From contig OZ249438.1 in NCBI GenBank assembly GCA_965235115.1, positions 9,052,001 to 9,116,000 on the forward strand: a DNA stretch of 64,000 bases. Reading direction: 5' to 3'. Source of the DNA: Laetmonice hystrix (taxonomy: Eukaryota). Each line of letters starts with the position of its first letter. Within the stretch, counting starts at the first letter, position 1. Shown in pieces: positions 1 through 10,104 of the stretch. A model generated the notes under the pieces. That model did no database searches and was not told the DNA's origin. It saw only the letters and a program-made list of their open reading frames with translations. The position numbers and the translations under genes are program-made.

Positions 1-2545
1 TCGAAGGAATAGTAGTAAAAGGAGTTTATTTAGATTTTAGTGTTCATTTTAAACTGTTAAAGGTGTCATACAAGTATAACATTGTCAGTGAATAGTGAAG
101 CTGCATTGTCGGTGAATAGTGAAGTGTATGTTCAGTGAGTCACTGAAGAGGCCTTTGGGAGCTAAGTAATTATGGAATATAATTAATGTTGAGGCACTGA
201 AGAAATTAAAGTTGGGTGAAGTAGTTGGGAAGTACCCGTTATAGCGTTTTGTTGCCTTTCATGATGGAGAGTCTACCCTCAGTTTAATATATTGTTTGAG
301 ATTATCAGTCCGTAAATACTCCATGGATTTATTTGAAGCCTTCCGTTTGTGCACACACTCACTTATAATTCTATTGGTCTCGATAGTGATTGACGGGTTC
401 ATACCATCAGCTGTGTCACAAACATACTACATATCTGTTTTAGTACAGGTGGAATCTATTGATAAAAATAATGGTAAATTCTGTTAAAAGGGAGAATTTT
501 AGGCCAGTAAGTATGGCCACCAGAGAATTCGAAGGGCGAACAGGTTGGGGAAACTTTTAATTATCATATTTCAGTGTTATACATTTCTTAAGGATAACCA
601 TTAAATCAACGCGGATATCCAGCGATGGTTTTTTAAAGGTAGCCCTGGATAGCCGATTCCTGTCATCCAGCACCCGGGTTGAGTTGATTAAATTTTTGGG
701 CAGGTCGAGTATTCCACAGACGAAGAAACGAAAAAGAAACGAAAAAGGCCCAAGGTCTCCCTTTTGGAAAAAAAATACATAAAAAGACAAAGAAAGTGTG
801 GTTAGAGAAACCATTTGCATTGGATTTATTGCTACTGTTCATATTATTCGATGGCTGGATGTAGCCCCCCCCCCCCCCCAGTTGCAAAATTCTGGATCGG
901 CCCCTGTATGGTGACACTGGTCATGGTAGCACTCTAACCAGGCGTCTGTTTCTAGAATGACCGGACCAGGACACACAGACATTACGCATCGACAAAGCTG
1001 GTGGAAATGGTTAAAAAATAGATCAAGGTTAGATCCAAGTTTCTGTTATTCTTGTACTGCAACATGAACAATTCGTATATTTCTGGAATTAGGCTGCTTT
1101 GTATGTGAAAGTTGTGGTAAAAATAGAATCGGCGACAAGCCGGGTTAGGTGAGCTAGATGTAGATATGTAGGGATATAGAGAAAAAAAGCAGTTTAATCG
1201 GTGTACATAGGTATAGAATAAAATAGCAAAAGACAAGGTGCAAGACGGACATTGACAGGTCATGTGATGTATTGATTGATATACATCATGATATATATCC
1301 ATGTACCTTGAGGTGAGATCATCTTCAGCCGTGAAATCTCATGACGTAGTTGGTCTGACGTAGGATAAGTAACACATACCAGTCAGTAGCGTATATAGTA
1401 AGTACAGCAGAGGTAAATCACCAGCTAATGTTGAATTTTGAGCATTACACAAACATAGAACGTATGAAGATAGTCAGGTGTCAGTACGATAGTATAGGTC
1501 ATGCTTTGTAAGCCAGTCAGTTTTTGGGTTTTCTTCATTCTTGTGAAGGTAATTGGATGAGCTTGATCGAGTACTTTTAGAACTTTGATTTCTGCTAGAT
1601 TCTTGCACTGTAAGGACATAGAAGCTGAATGAAATGGTGTTAAAGGTTTTCTGATTGTAGTTTGTGGATTTATGCATTTCCTTTTTCTTTGTGTTTTTGT
1701 TGTTCATCGTTATTAGTCACCTTCTTTTCCCTCCTTGCCATGTTTGTAAACCTCTTGCTGACGTCTTAAAACTAATAATCTACACAACTTCACACAATTA
1801 AAAAAAAATACGACTTGAATTAAACAGTGGCACTATTTCACAAAATTATTATGTACATGCAACCCAGACAGCACAATGAATTTTTCAGTTATGGTCGAAT
1901 TTCTGTTGTCCTACTGGTGGCTCTGTGATTGAAGACCAAACGTCTGAAAACGTTCTACGGAAAGTTGAGCCAGTGAGGGTGTGCTATGTGGGAACATGCT
2001 TTTATATAGAAATGGCAGCTCAGAGCGACCTGGAGTATGCTTCGGTGTACCACAGTAACATTTAGACTGGTTTTCCCCACTGGGCCTTCTTTAGCATAAA
2101 CCTAACAGCACAGAAATTCAGAATTATAATATATTATTAAAACTACATGTAGGCTTTTTGCTGTCTCTGAGGACCTGGAAGGCAATACTAGATCCTTTTT
2201 TACTTTATCACATTCTAACCTTATTTACTCTGTGAAGTTGGCTTTAGTTGCCTACATGGTGTAAAACACCAACGCTCAACTCAGCTCCTTAAAAAACCAG
2301 AGTAACTTCCAAGTTTGGTTCCCAAGACGATATAATATACCCTTATCAAAAGTTGAATAATTTGGAGAGCATTTGATGTTTTTTGTAAATAAAAAGTACT
2401 GGGGTACAAAATGATGAATAACTAAAAAGCTCAAAATAAATAAAATCTAGTAGCAGTGGAATACAGATTAAGATTCAGCTGATTTTTAAGGAAATTCCCT
2501 TTTGTGTTTTTCACCTAATTACCTCAATTAATTGTCCGTTTGAAG

Positions 2546-2627
2546 GGTTGATAAAAAACGGGACAAGTTGGAACGAAAGGTTTTGGACAGTCAGGAGCGG
2601 GCATTCTGGGACGTCCACCGACCAGCT
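2546..2627 (+). CDS. RGS7: RGS7-like exon (DHEX): [27 protein letters not shown]
   Basis: Acceptor ttgaag|G, donor GCT|gtgagt. [18 protein letters not shown] is the R7-family hallmark. Confidence 0.95.
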
Positions 2628-2907
2628 GTGAGTATTCATACCTCAGTCTGGCTGTGCGTATTCATACCCAGGCCAGAAAATATAAATACCACAACCAGCT
2701 TTGAGCATTCATACCACCGACTTTGTATTAAGTATTCATATGAGTATTCCTAGCCTAGACTGTAGAGGAAAATGTAAAAATTTGGCTCCCCACAAGTTTC
2801 GAATGTTGGAACTACTTGAGTTGACCATTTGACTGAAGATTTGAAGTGCCTTACCTTCATGAACTTTTAATTTTTATTTCTTAATTTTTTTTCTCCTTTC
2901 CGTTTAG

Positions 2908-2982
2908 CCGGGATGTGTAAACACAACAGAGGTGGACATCAAAAAGGCGTGCAGGATGAGCAAGCCTGCCAAGTCACTCAAA
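2908..2982 (+). CDS. RGS7: RGS7-like exon: PGCVNTTEVDIKKACRMSKPAKSLK
   Basis: Pyrimidine tract + tttag|, donor AAA|gtaagt; PGCVNTTEVDIKK matches RGS6/7; phase 0-0. Confidence 0.95.
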
Positions 2983-3364
2983 GTAAGTGAGAGCTGGAAT
3001 GGCTGGCTGTTTTCTAACTTCACCTGCTACTACGTACAGTGCAGTTATGAATACTTGCAAACAAGGAAAGGGTGAACTGAGTCGTCGCTTTTAGAAAATG
3101 GGTCAAAACTGAGACATATTGCTTATATTACTAAAAAAAATATTGAGAATGAGTATTTTCTTTCTCGTTCCTATCGGGATTGCAAGTGTACGTACATGTA
3201 CTGGTGTAGGTTTAAGAAAGTGTTTACGGGTACCATTTGAAAACAATCGTTATGCGTGAAGTGGAAAATTTGAAACATTATTTGTGAACCTCACCTTAAT
3301 GAAGTTTCTTTGATCGTTATTTATTCTACCAGTATCCATGTGAAGAATATTGTGATCAACATAT

Positions 3365-3840
3365 TACCATAGAAACCATTATTGTTGTTACCGTTGTCAC
3401 CATGGAGACCATTAGTTTAATTGGAGACCTTTTTTTGTTACCAATGTTGCCATGGAGACAGTTATTTCTGTTTACAGTGTCACACTGAAGACCCTTAATT
3501 TTTTATTACAGACAATCTTTTGTGTTACAAGTATCACCATGGAGACCATTACTTTGATTACAAATGTCACCATGAAGACCATTTTTTGTGTTACCGTTAT
3601 CACCTTAGAGACCATTACTTTGATTACAAATGTCACCATGAAGACCATTTTTTGTGTTGCCATTATTACCATGGAGACCATTACTTTGATTACAAATGTC
3701 ACAATTGAGACCTTTATTTTTGCTACCAGTACCAACGTGGAGACGATTACTTTTGTTACCAGTGTCACAATGAAGACAAATATTTTTATTATCAATACCG
3801 CCACGGAGACTATTATTTTTGTTACCAATTTCACCAAGGA
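3365..3840. repeat. Degenerate 33-bp minisatellite with a 66-bp dimer pattern (RGS7 intron)
   Basis: Repeats such as ACCATGGAGACCATTACTTTGATTACAAATGTC; conceptual translation shows 11-aa periodicity; explains overlapping ORFs at 3452-3886 on both strands. Confidence 0.85.
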
Positions 3841-5843
3841 CAGTCATTATTTCAATAAAAAAGAACCACAATGAATTCTCAGGCACTCAAACCAACCAAG
3901 AATCTTACCGAAGAAATCTTTGTCTTTTTGATAATCCTTTCAAACGTTGTCAGAAAATGGACTTGTATCATGTTTACTTTCCCTTTCTGTGATGGCTTAA
4001 TGTCGCCTTTGTTACGGTTTGTACTGTCAACATAACTACTTTATGTCGATAGTAACTTGGTTCTTTTCATGTCTGGTATATATAACTGGTATATTGATGA
4101 CTAATTGTTGTGTTTTCTTTCAGTATAATTTTGTTCATGTTATTTGGGGGAAATGGATTGATACTTCGTATGAAAGCGGTGCAAATTTGACCTTTGCATT
4201 TTAAAGAAAATTTCCCTCTTTCCCAATCACTATCATTTCCCTAGAAATATTTTTCTGTCATTTTTTTAATGCGTTTTACGTGTTTTAAACTTTTTATACG
4301 TATATAAGTTTTTGTTAAGTTGACTTTTTCGTGCTTTGGAATAATGTTTCTCAAGGAAGATATGATAATTTAACTTTTAAAAAGTTATTCAACTCAATTT
4401 AAATTGTAATTACTTTTGGATTATGATGTTGCTAATTCTTGAGTTTCTCTTATAGTATATTCTTTACTTTTTTGGTGCTTCAAAATAAGATTCTCTGTAT
4501 TTTGTTAAAGATAAAATCCACTATTGAACTCTACACAATCAAATCCCTATTATTACGTAGGGTAATAAGGGATACCTGATGTGTTATTAATTTAAAATTA
4601 CCTATACCGAGACTTGATCAATGAAAACAGAACAGACAACAGGGAAACATGCTATGCAATAAAACAGAATTGTTTCGAATTTCTGTAAAGTCTCGACACT
4701 TTATATAATTCACTCTTTACATCCAATACATGTCTCATATTCCAGGCCTTTTTTCTTGATTTGTCCAATTCATCCCATTTGGTAGACTACATTCTTTTCT
4801 TTCTTTCTTTCTTTCTTTCGATCTTTCTTTTCATCTTTCTTTCAGTTAAAATATTTGCATAATACATTAATGTCTGAAGCCAGAAACAATTTCTTCAACG
4901 TCTTTAGCAAAAAGGAAAAAAAAGTTCGACGAGCGCCAAAATGCACTTTACTATACTCGGTATCCTTCAAACAAGTCTTCCAAATATATTTACTTCTCTC
5001 TATTACTAATCAGTTCTGAATTCCTGATTACGCGATACTAAACCTGACTTTATTTTCTGTTTACTTGTAGGAGTTGGATAAGGTTTGTGGATTTCTGTTA
5101 ATTTTCTTTGCAAGGAGATGCAAATAAAAGTATAGTGATTAAGTGATGGTAGCTGGGGAGATGTAGGTAGGGACTAGGCGGGGGGTATTTCTAATGCTTG
5201 ACATAAATATAAGCAATATGTCTTTAACGTTATCTTGTATACAGCGTTATGTTGAAGCTTTCACATAACAGAAAAATAAATGTGAGAGAATCTGCAACTG
5301 AAGACGTTAATGTTACAAATCTTGTTGGCAAATAAATATCGGTACCTTAGAAAATGAACGGGTATACATAGGTTAGTGAAAATGGACATTTCTAACCTCA
5401 AGGGATATCCTCAAAGCAGTTTTTTTTTTTCATTTCAAGCAAGTAATAGAAAGACTGGGAAGTTATAATAAGGATGACTCTATAGTTAGCACTTTATCGA
5501 TTGGCAAGAACTTGCTTATTCTTAGAACAGTCTTCTCTCCTTTTTTCCTATTCATTTGGCGTTTGGCCCTGAACCGTTCGGAAAAAAATAATTTGTAAAC
5601 ACATTCCGTACTTTTTAACTGGGATATTTTGTGTTTACATACATGACTAAATAAGAGAGAACGGTTAGCCATTGTTTGGGGTAAACAGGAGAGTTTGTTT
5701 GTTTTTACAATCAGTGTAGAGATGTTGTTAATGCCTAGACGTGTTTTCAGTCTGTATGTTGCCCCCACTTCTCCCTTTGGCTCTTGGTGTCTGTTTTGTT
5801 TTCTTTGTTGCCCTGTTTGGTTGTCACCATTCACCCAGCACTT

Positions 5844-5894
5844 TCTCGCTCTCTCTCTCTCTCGCTCTTTCTTTTTCTCTCTCTCTCTCTCTCT
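5844..5894. repeat. (CT)n microsatellite
   Basis: Interrupted CT run. Confidence 0.9.
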
Positions 5895-6941
5895 ACCTTG
5901 GAAGCACCAATCTTGTAATGTCGTGAAGCACTCACGTCCAACGCGAAAATGCAGGCACCTAATGACGTAGATGACGTGTTGCACAAAAGTAGTTTCAAAA
6001 ATCCAACTATGTATATCATAAATTGTGGCAAGGCCATTGTAACTCTGCCACAACCAATAAATCCAAATACATTGTATGGTTGCAGTCAGAATTCTGTCTT
6101 TTATTGTCTTGATGAAGAAATGGGAGGCAGAATTTAGAGAGTACATTCACAGTAGGATTGACCTGAAAGTGTGGCACCTGTTATTTGTTTGTACTTGTTG
6201 TCATGTCGCACTTGTAAGGCATGATATTGTCATGAAAACCATTCGTGTTGTCAGTCGTGGTACACTGTATGCTACCGGGATCGCGGTGAAAAGAAAGGGT
6301 AATTCTTTTCCCTTGCGTAAAATCTCGGGCACAAAGTGACATGTGATTGGGGACCTACCTCCGGTTTAAACTGATGACTGAAAAGGTGTATCCAACAAGG
6401 ACAGGAGGAGAAAAGGGGTGTAGCAGCCTAGCAGGGGTCAAGTCAGGAGCCTTAAAAATATAAGAAAATAATTAGACTGGCGTTAAAAGGGGTGTAGAAC
6501 TCCCTGATCCTCCCCATCACCGTGTGCCGCTCATAATCAAATGGAGGCCTTTTCAAAGCTTGGAAGTTATACAAAATTGGAGGGTGGATTTTTATAAAGG
6601 CCCATTTACTTCCTCGATTATCTGGGTGATTTAATGAATATAGACGTCAAAGTAAAGAGCGTGCCACGTAGCCAGGGTCATACCAAGACGGTCAGTTATA
6701 CTGGTTGAGAAAACAGGAGTATCCAGTGAAAATAACGGCCTGCAGCAAGTAACTAATGCATTATTTTAAAAAATTAGTAAAATAAAAAAAACAAGGTGAC
6801 ATTGACGAAATAATAGCCACAGACAAGCAGTACTAATAAAGGACCAGAGATGGCAGCATGGATGAATTTCACGCTAGAGTTTTCGTATACATTATTATTA
6901 TTGATATATCATCTTATATCTGGCTGTGTCTGTGTCTGCAG

Positions 6942-7043
6942 GCTAGTTACAATGTGCCTGGAGGTCGTATCAGTCCGAGCGTGTCCGAGGCGGACTTACG
7001 CAATCCCAACAACGAGGCCGTCAAACTCGAAGTATGGAAACAG
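6942..7043 (+). CDS. RGS7: RGS7-like linker exon: ASYNVPGGRISPSVSEADLRNPNNEAVKLEVWKQ
   Basis: tctgcag| acceptor, CAG|gtgagc donor, 102 nt, phase 0-0, open frame, positioned as the pre-GGL linker exon. Confidence 0.8.
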
Positions 7044-7500
7044 GTGAGCATATAGCCATCAGGTTGTGACTGTTACTTTTGTGTTAGTTTAAACAATGGT
7101 AAAACTGAAGTCTGACTGGTATGGAGCCACTAAGGGGATACAATTGGAAAAAAAGTTAGGTAATATTTTGTTGCCTCAACATATTTCGTCAAAACGAAAT
7201 TATTTCATTTACTTACCTGGAATGATTTCATGGGAAAGAAATGCATCATTTTAAAAATGACAAAATGACATAATTCGCTGGAACGAAATGAGATATAGTT
7301 CAAGTTTGTTTTTGTGTTATTGGGGGGGGGGGCAGGTTCGAGGGGGAACAATTATAAACTCCAATGAAATCTCAAAGCAACTCCCTGAACAAAAGATATC
7401 TTTGCTAGTCACTTAGTCACTAAACTTCCCACATCCAATCCTCACCAACGCAATGTCAACCATGAAAATTAAATTATTTTCCTTCTTTCAATGACCACAG

Positions 7501-7562
7501 GTTGAGGACCTCAGGAAAAAATTGGAAAGAAGACGAGTAAAAATATCTAAGGTAGCAGAAAG
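7501..7562 (+). CDS. RGS7: RGS7-like exon (GGL start): VEDLRKKLERRRVKISKVAE(S)
   Basis: ccacag| acceptor, AG|gtgagt donor; RxKxSKVAE is the GGL motif. Confidence 0.93.
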
Positions 7563-7780
7563 GTGAGTTATGCAAAGATGACGTTCCACTTGAAATTTGT
7601 GATAAATAAAGTTTGTATGAATAGTTATTCAGTTATATCTGAACATTCAGTAAATGAATAATCAAGTTTGTGTAATACACATTGCGTATTACAATCACAC
7701 GACCCTCATAGAAGCTCTCCAAGTAAGGGGTGAACTGATATATTACAATGTGTACGGTGATGTACTTGTGTTTGTTACAG

Positions 7781-7894
7781 TTACCTGTTGTACTTCGAGC
7801 AATATGCCGAGTTTGACCCGTTCATCACCAATGCTGAACCCTCCAATCCATGGATGTCTGACAACACAGAATTCTGGGAACAGGAAACCACAAT
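7781..7894 (+). CDS. RGS7: RGS7-like exon (GGL): [37 protein letters not shown](M)
   Basis: ttacag| acceptor, AT|gtcagt donor; EQYxExDPF and PSNPWxSD motifs; phase 2-2. Confidence 0.95.
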
Positions 7895-8176
7895 GTCAGT
7901 GCGATTTTTTACTACCAAAAAATATTAAAGCACCTAGATTTTCTTTCTGAATCTGCCTTAAATGGATATCTTGTGACAAGCTGACATCGAGTGAGTCAGC
8001 ATTACAAGTAGATTAATGTCATGCTGAAGAGTGACGTACGGTATGTGGACAAAAACTGGCATGCACAAGTAAAAGACAAAAAGAACCGTGAGTGTAAATG
8101 TACAACAAGAAAAAAATGGTGCCACCAAAAAGGTTCTTCATATGCTGGCAAATTCTTTGCTTCAAATTAACCTTAA

Positions 8177-8697
8177 AGGGAGCCGTAAAATTCATTTTTT
8201 CGATTTATGGCAGTCTTAGAAACATATGATTCGCATACCTTGGACTCCCAGTAACATCATGTGAGACTGTTATCAGCGATCAGTATTTAGTTAGGAAAAT
8301 ATGCCAAATCTCTCGCAAATACATAGCTCAGAATTAGCGAGCGGCCCACAGGATATTTGAGTTGGCCGCGGTGGGGCGATGATGACGCGTGATCACGTGA
8401 CTTCCGGGTGTGGAAGGGAATCTCCCTCTAGTCTAGCGTTGACCTAAATACCGCATGTACACCCGGAAGTCACGTGATCACGCGTCATCATCGCCCGACC
8501 GCGGCCAACTCAAATATCCTGTGGGCCGCTCGCTAATTCTGAGCTACGTATTTGCGAGAGATTTGGCATATTTTCCTTACTAAATACTGGTCGCTGGGCC
8601 ATAACAGTCTCACATGATGTTACTGGGAGTCCAAGGTATGCGAATCATATGTTTCTGAGACTGCCATAAATCGAAAAAATGAATTTTACGGCTCCCT
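8177..8697. mobile_element. Foldback MITE, Kolobok/T2-type (TTAA TSD), 521 bp, in an RGS7 intron
   Basis: TTAA at 8173-8176 and 8698-8701; ends AGGGAGCC...GGCTCCCT; arms 8177-8411 and 8459-8697 are inverted copies with 5 substitutions and one 4-bp indel; 47-bp spacer. Confidence 0.9.
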
Positions 8698-8958
8698 TTA
8701 ACTTAGGTCGACTGTATTACATCCTATTTTGTAATGAATCTGGGCCTTGCCGGTGATGGGATCTCTGCAGGATGTTAACAACTCAGAGGGTGTTGTCGAA
8801 TCATGTTGCTTGCGAATTCAGATTGGAAAAGGCAATCTAATGCCAAATGTTTAAAGAATGATTCCATATATAGGGAGACATTAGTTAAAATAATACGGCT
8901 GAACTTCTTTCTGACTCCCTGATGTTGTCTGACCAATGTGTGCACTGTGACCTTGCAG

Positions 8959-9084
8959 GAAGGACATCCCACAACGAAGGGTCAAGAGGTGGGGCTTCTC
9001 GATTCACGAACTCTTACGGGACGTCGCTGGCAGGGATCACTTTGCCAAATTCCTAGAAAAAGAGTTCAGTGCAGAAAATCTGAA
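8959..9084 (+). CDS. RGS7: RGS7-like exon (RGS domain start): [41 protein letters not shown](K)
   Basis: ttgcag| acceptor, AA|gtaagt donor; RVKRWGF and FLExEFSxENL motifs. Confidence 0.96.
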
Positions 9085-9357
9085 GTAAGTAAAGAAACAT
9101 GTAATTAAAAGTGTTTGTTCTCGGGTTTCTGGGCGGTTTGGGGGATGAAATAACGAGCCCAAGATGATTCCTCATACTGTATATTTTACCTTCGTGCCCT
9201 GCGGTTTATCTCACTCTGCAGTATCTTGTGATTTGTTAGCTATCAGTCACTGACCAAATGAATGCACCTATAGTGCCGTAAACAAAGTAAAAAGCAAAGA
9301 GTTCATTGTAGTCTTGCAAGGTTTCCGATACAAAAGTTCTTTTTATCTGATATTTAG

Positions 9358-9432
9358 GTTCTGGGCAGCTTGTCAAGAACTCAAATGTATTGCTGCCAAA
9401 GATGTCAATGCCAAAGTACAAGATATATATAG
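9358..9432 (+). CDS. RGS7: RGS7-like exon (RGS domain): FWAACQELKCIAAKDVNAKVQDIY(S)
   Basis: atttag| acceptor, AG|gtaagt donor; FWxAxxxLK motif. Confidence 0.95.
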   Translation, partial: VLGSLSRTQMYCCQRCQCQSTRYI

Positions 9433-9723
9433 GTAAGTTTATTGTTCATAGAGAAGACAAATGTTGATAACGTAATTGTATCGCTCGGAAACCTCTTCAA
9501 GAGGGAAGAAAAGAACGTTGACATCGTTCACACACTTAAACTTTCACAGAATCTGCACTTTAACTTGTTTCACAAGTGTTTCTACTCATATTTCAAGATC
9601 TGACTTTGACACAAGTTTTATTCTAGACAGGCGAGTCATGTGTCAGGTCGTGATTGTCAAGTAGAGGCAAGGAATGATTAATTGTCACTGTTACATCTAA
9701 GCGGAATGACTTGACACTTTCAG

Positions 9724-9838
9724 TGAGTTCCTAGCACCAGGGGCTCACGACCCAGTCAATGTAGATGCTCGTGTGTCCGAGATAGTACGCCGAAGAATGC
9801 ACGAATCCTTAGATAGATACTGCTTCGAGGAAGCAGAG
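9724..9838 (+). CDS. RGS7: RGS7-like exon (RGS domain): EFLAPGAHDPVNVDARVSEIVRRRMHESLDRYCFEEAE
   Basis: tttcag| acceptor, GAG|gtaagt donor; EFLAPGA..xNxD and RYxFExA motifs. Confidence 0.96.
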
Positions 9839-10011
9839 GTAAGTAACGAGTTTGCAAAAAGACCAATCAAATAGACATAGGTTCTAAACGTTTTTATCGT
9901 TTTCTAATATAACACGTTCGTTGTGTTTGGCGATTTGGTTGAAATGGTTGTTGAATTGTCAAATTATGGAAGTGATGAACGACTTTGAAATATTGTGTTT
10001 GTATGTTGCAG

Positions 10012-10104
10012 GATCATATATTTAACTTGATGAAGAGTGACAGCTACAGTCGGTACCTGCGATCGGACATGTACAAAGAATTTGTTGGCGGAGCAAAGAA
10101 AAAG
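10012..10104 (+). CDS. RGS7: RGS7-like exon (RGS domain end): DHIFNLMKSDSYSRYLRSDMYKEFVGGAKKK
   Basis: ttgcag| acceptor; LMKSDSYxR motif. The 3' boundary is uncertain: weak gtgcca donor at 10105, alternative donor at 10145, or read-through to TGA at 10153-10155. Confidence 0.9.

Larger units (their letters stand above)
2546..10104 (+). other. RGS7: Gene span (partial, 3' half): R7-family regulator of G-protein signalling (RGS7/RGS6/EGL-10-like)
   Basis: Nine GT-AG exons join in one frame (82+75+102+62+114+126+75+115+93 nt) to give DHEX end, linker, GGL and RGS domains. Intron positions match the vertebrate RGS6/7 structure as I recall it. Confidence 0.93.

Noticed and set aside
600-910. GGATC(G/T)GCCCCTG-type MITE ends, also near 20852, 28985 and 33560
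   Set aside because: They look like fragments of an abundant dispersed family, but paired TIRs and TSDs could not be established.
1-1710. Possible LINE remnants or upstream RGS7 (DEP/DHEX) exons
   Set aside because: No RGS7 motifs found, and the LINE-like peptides are too weak to call.
3452-3886. 140-aa Thr/Ile/Val-rich ORF with 11-aa periodicity (beta-solenoid or ice-binding look) and overlapping ORFs
   Set aside because: It is a 33-bp minisatellite, open on both strands because the unit is a multiple of 3; upstream copies are frameshifted and no usable splice sites were found.
5463-6146. 227-aa minus-strand ORF
   Set aside because: Runs through a (CT)n microsatellite in an RGS7 intron; no recognisable domain.
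7209-7220. TACTTACCTGG resembling the U1 snRNA 5' end
   Set aside because: The following sequence has no U1 stem-loops or Sm site; it is just a reverse-complement splice-donor-like string.
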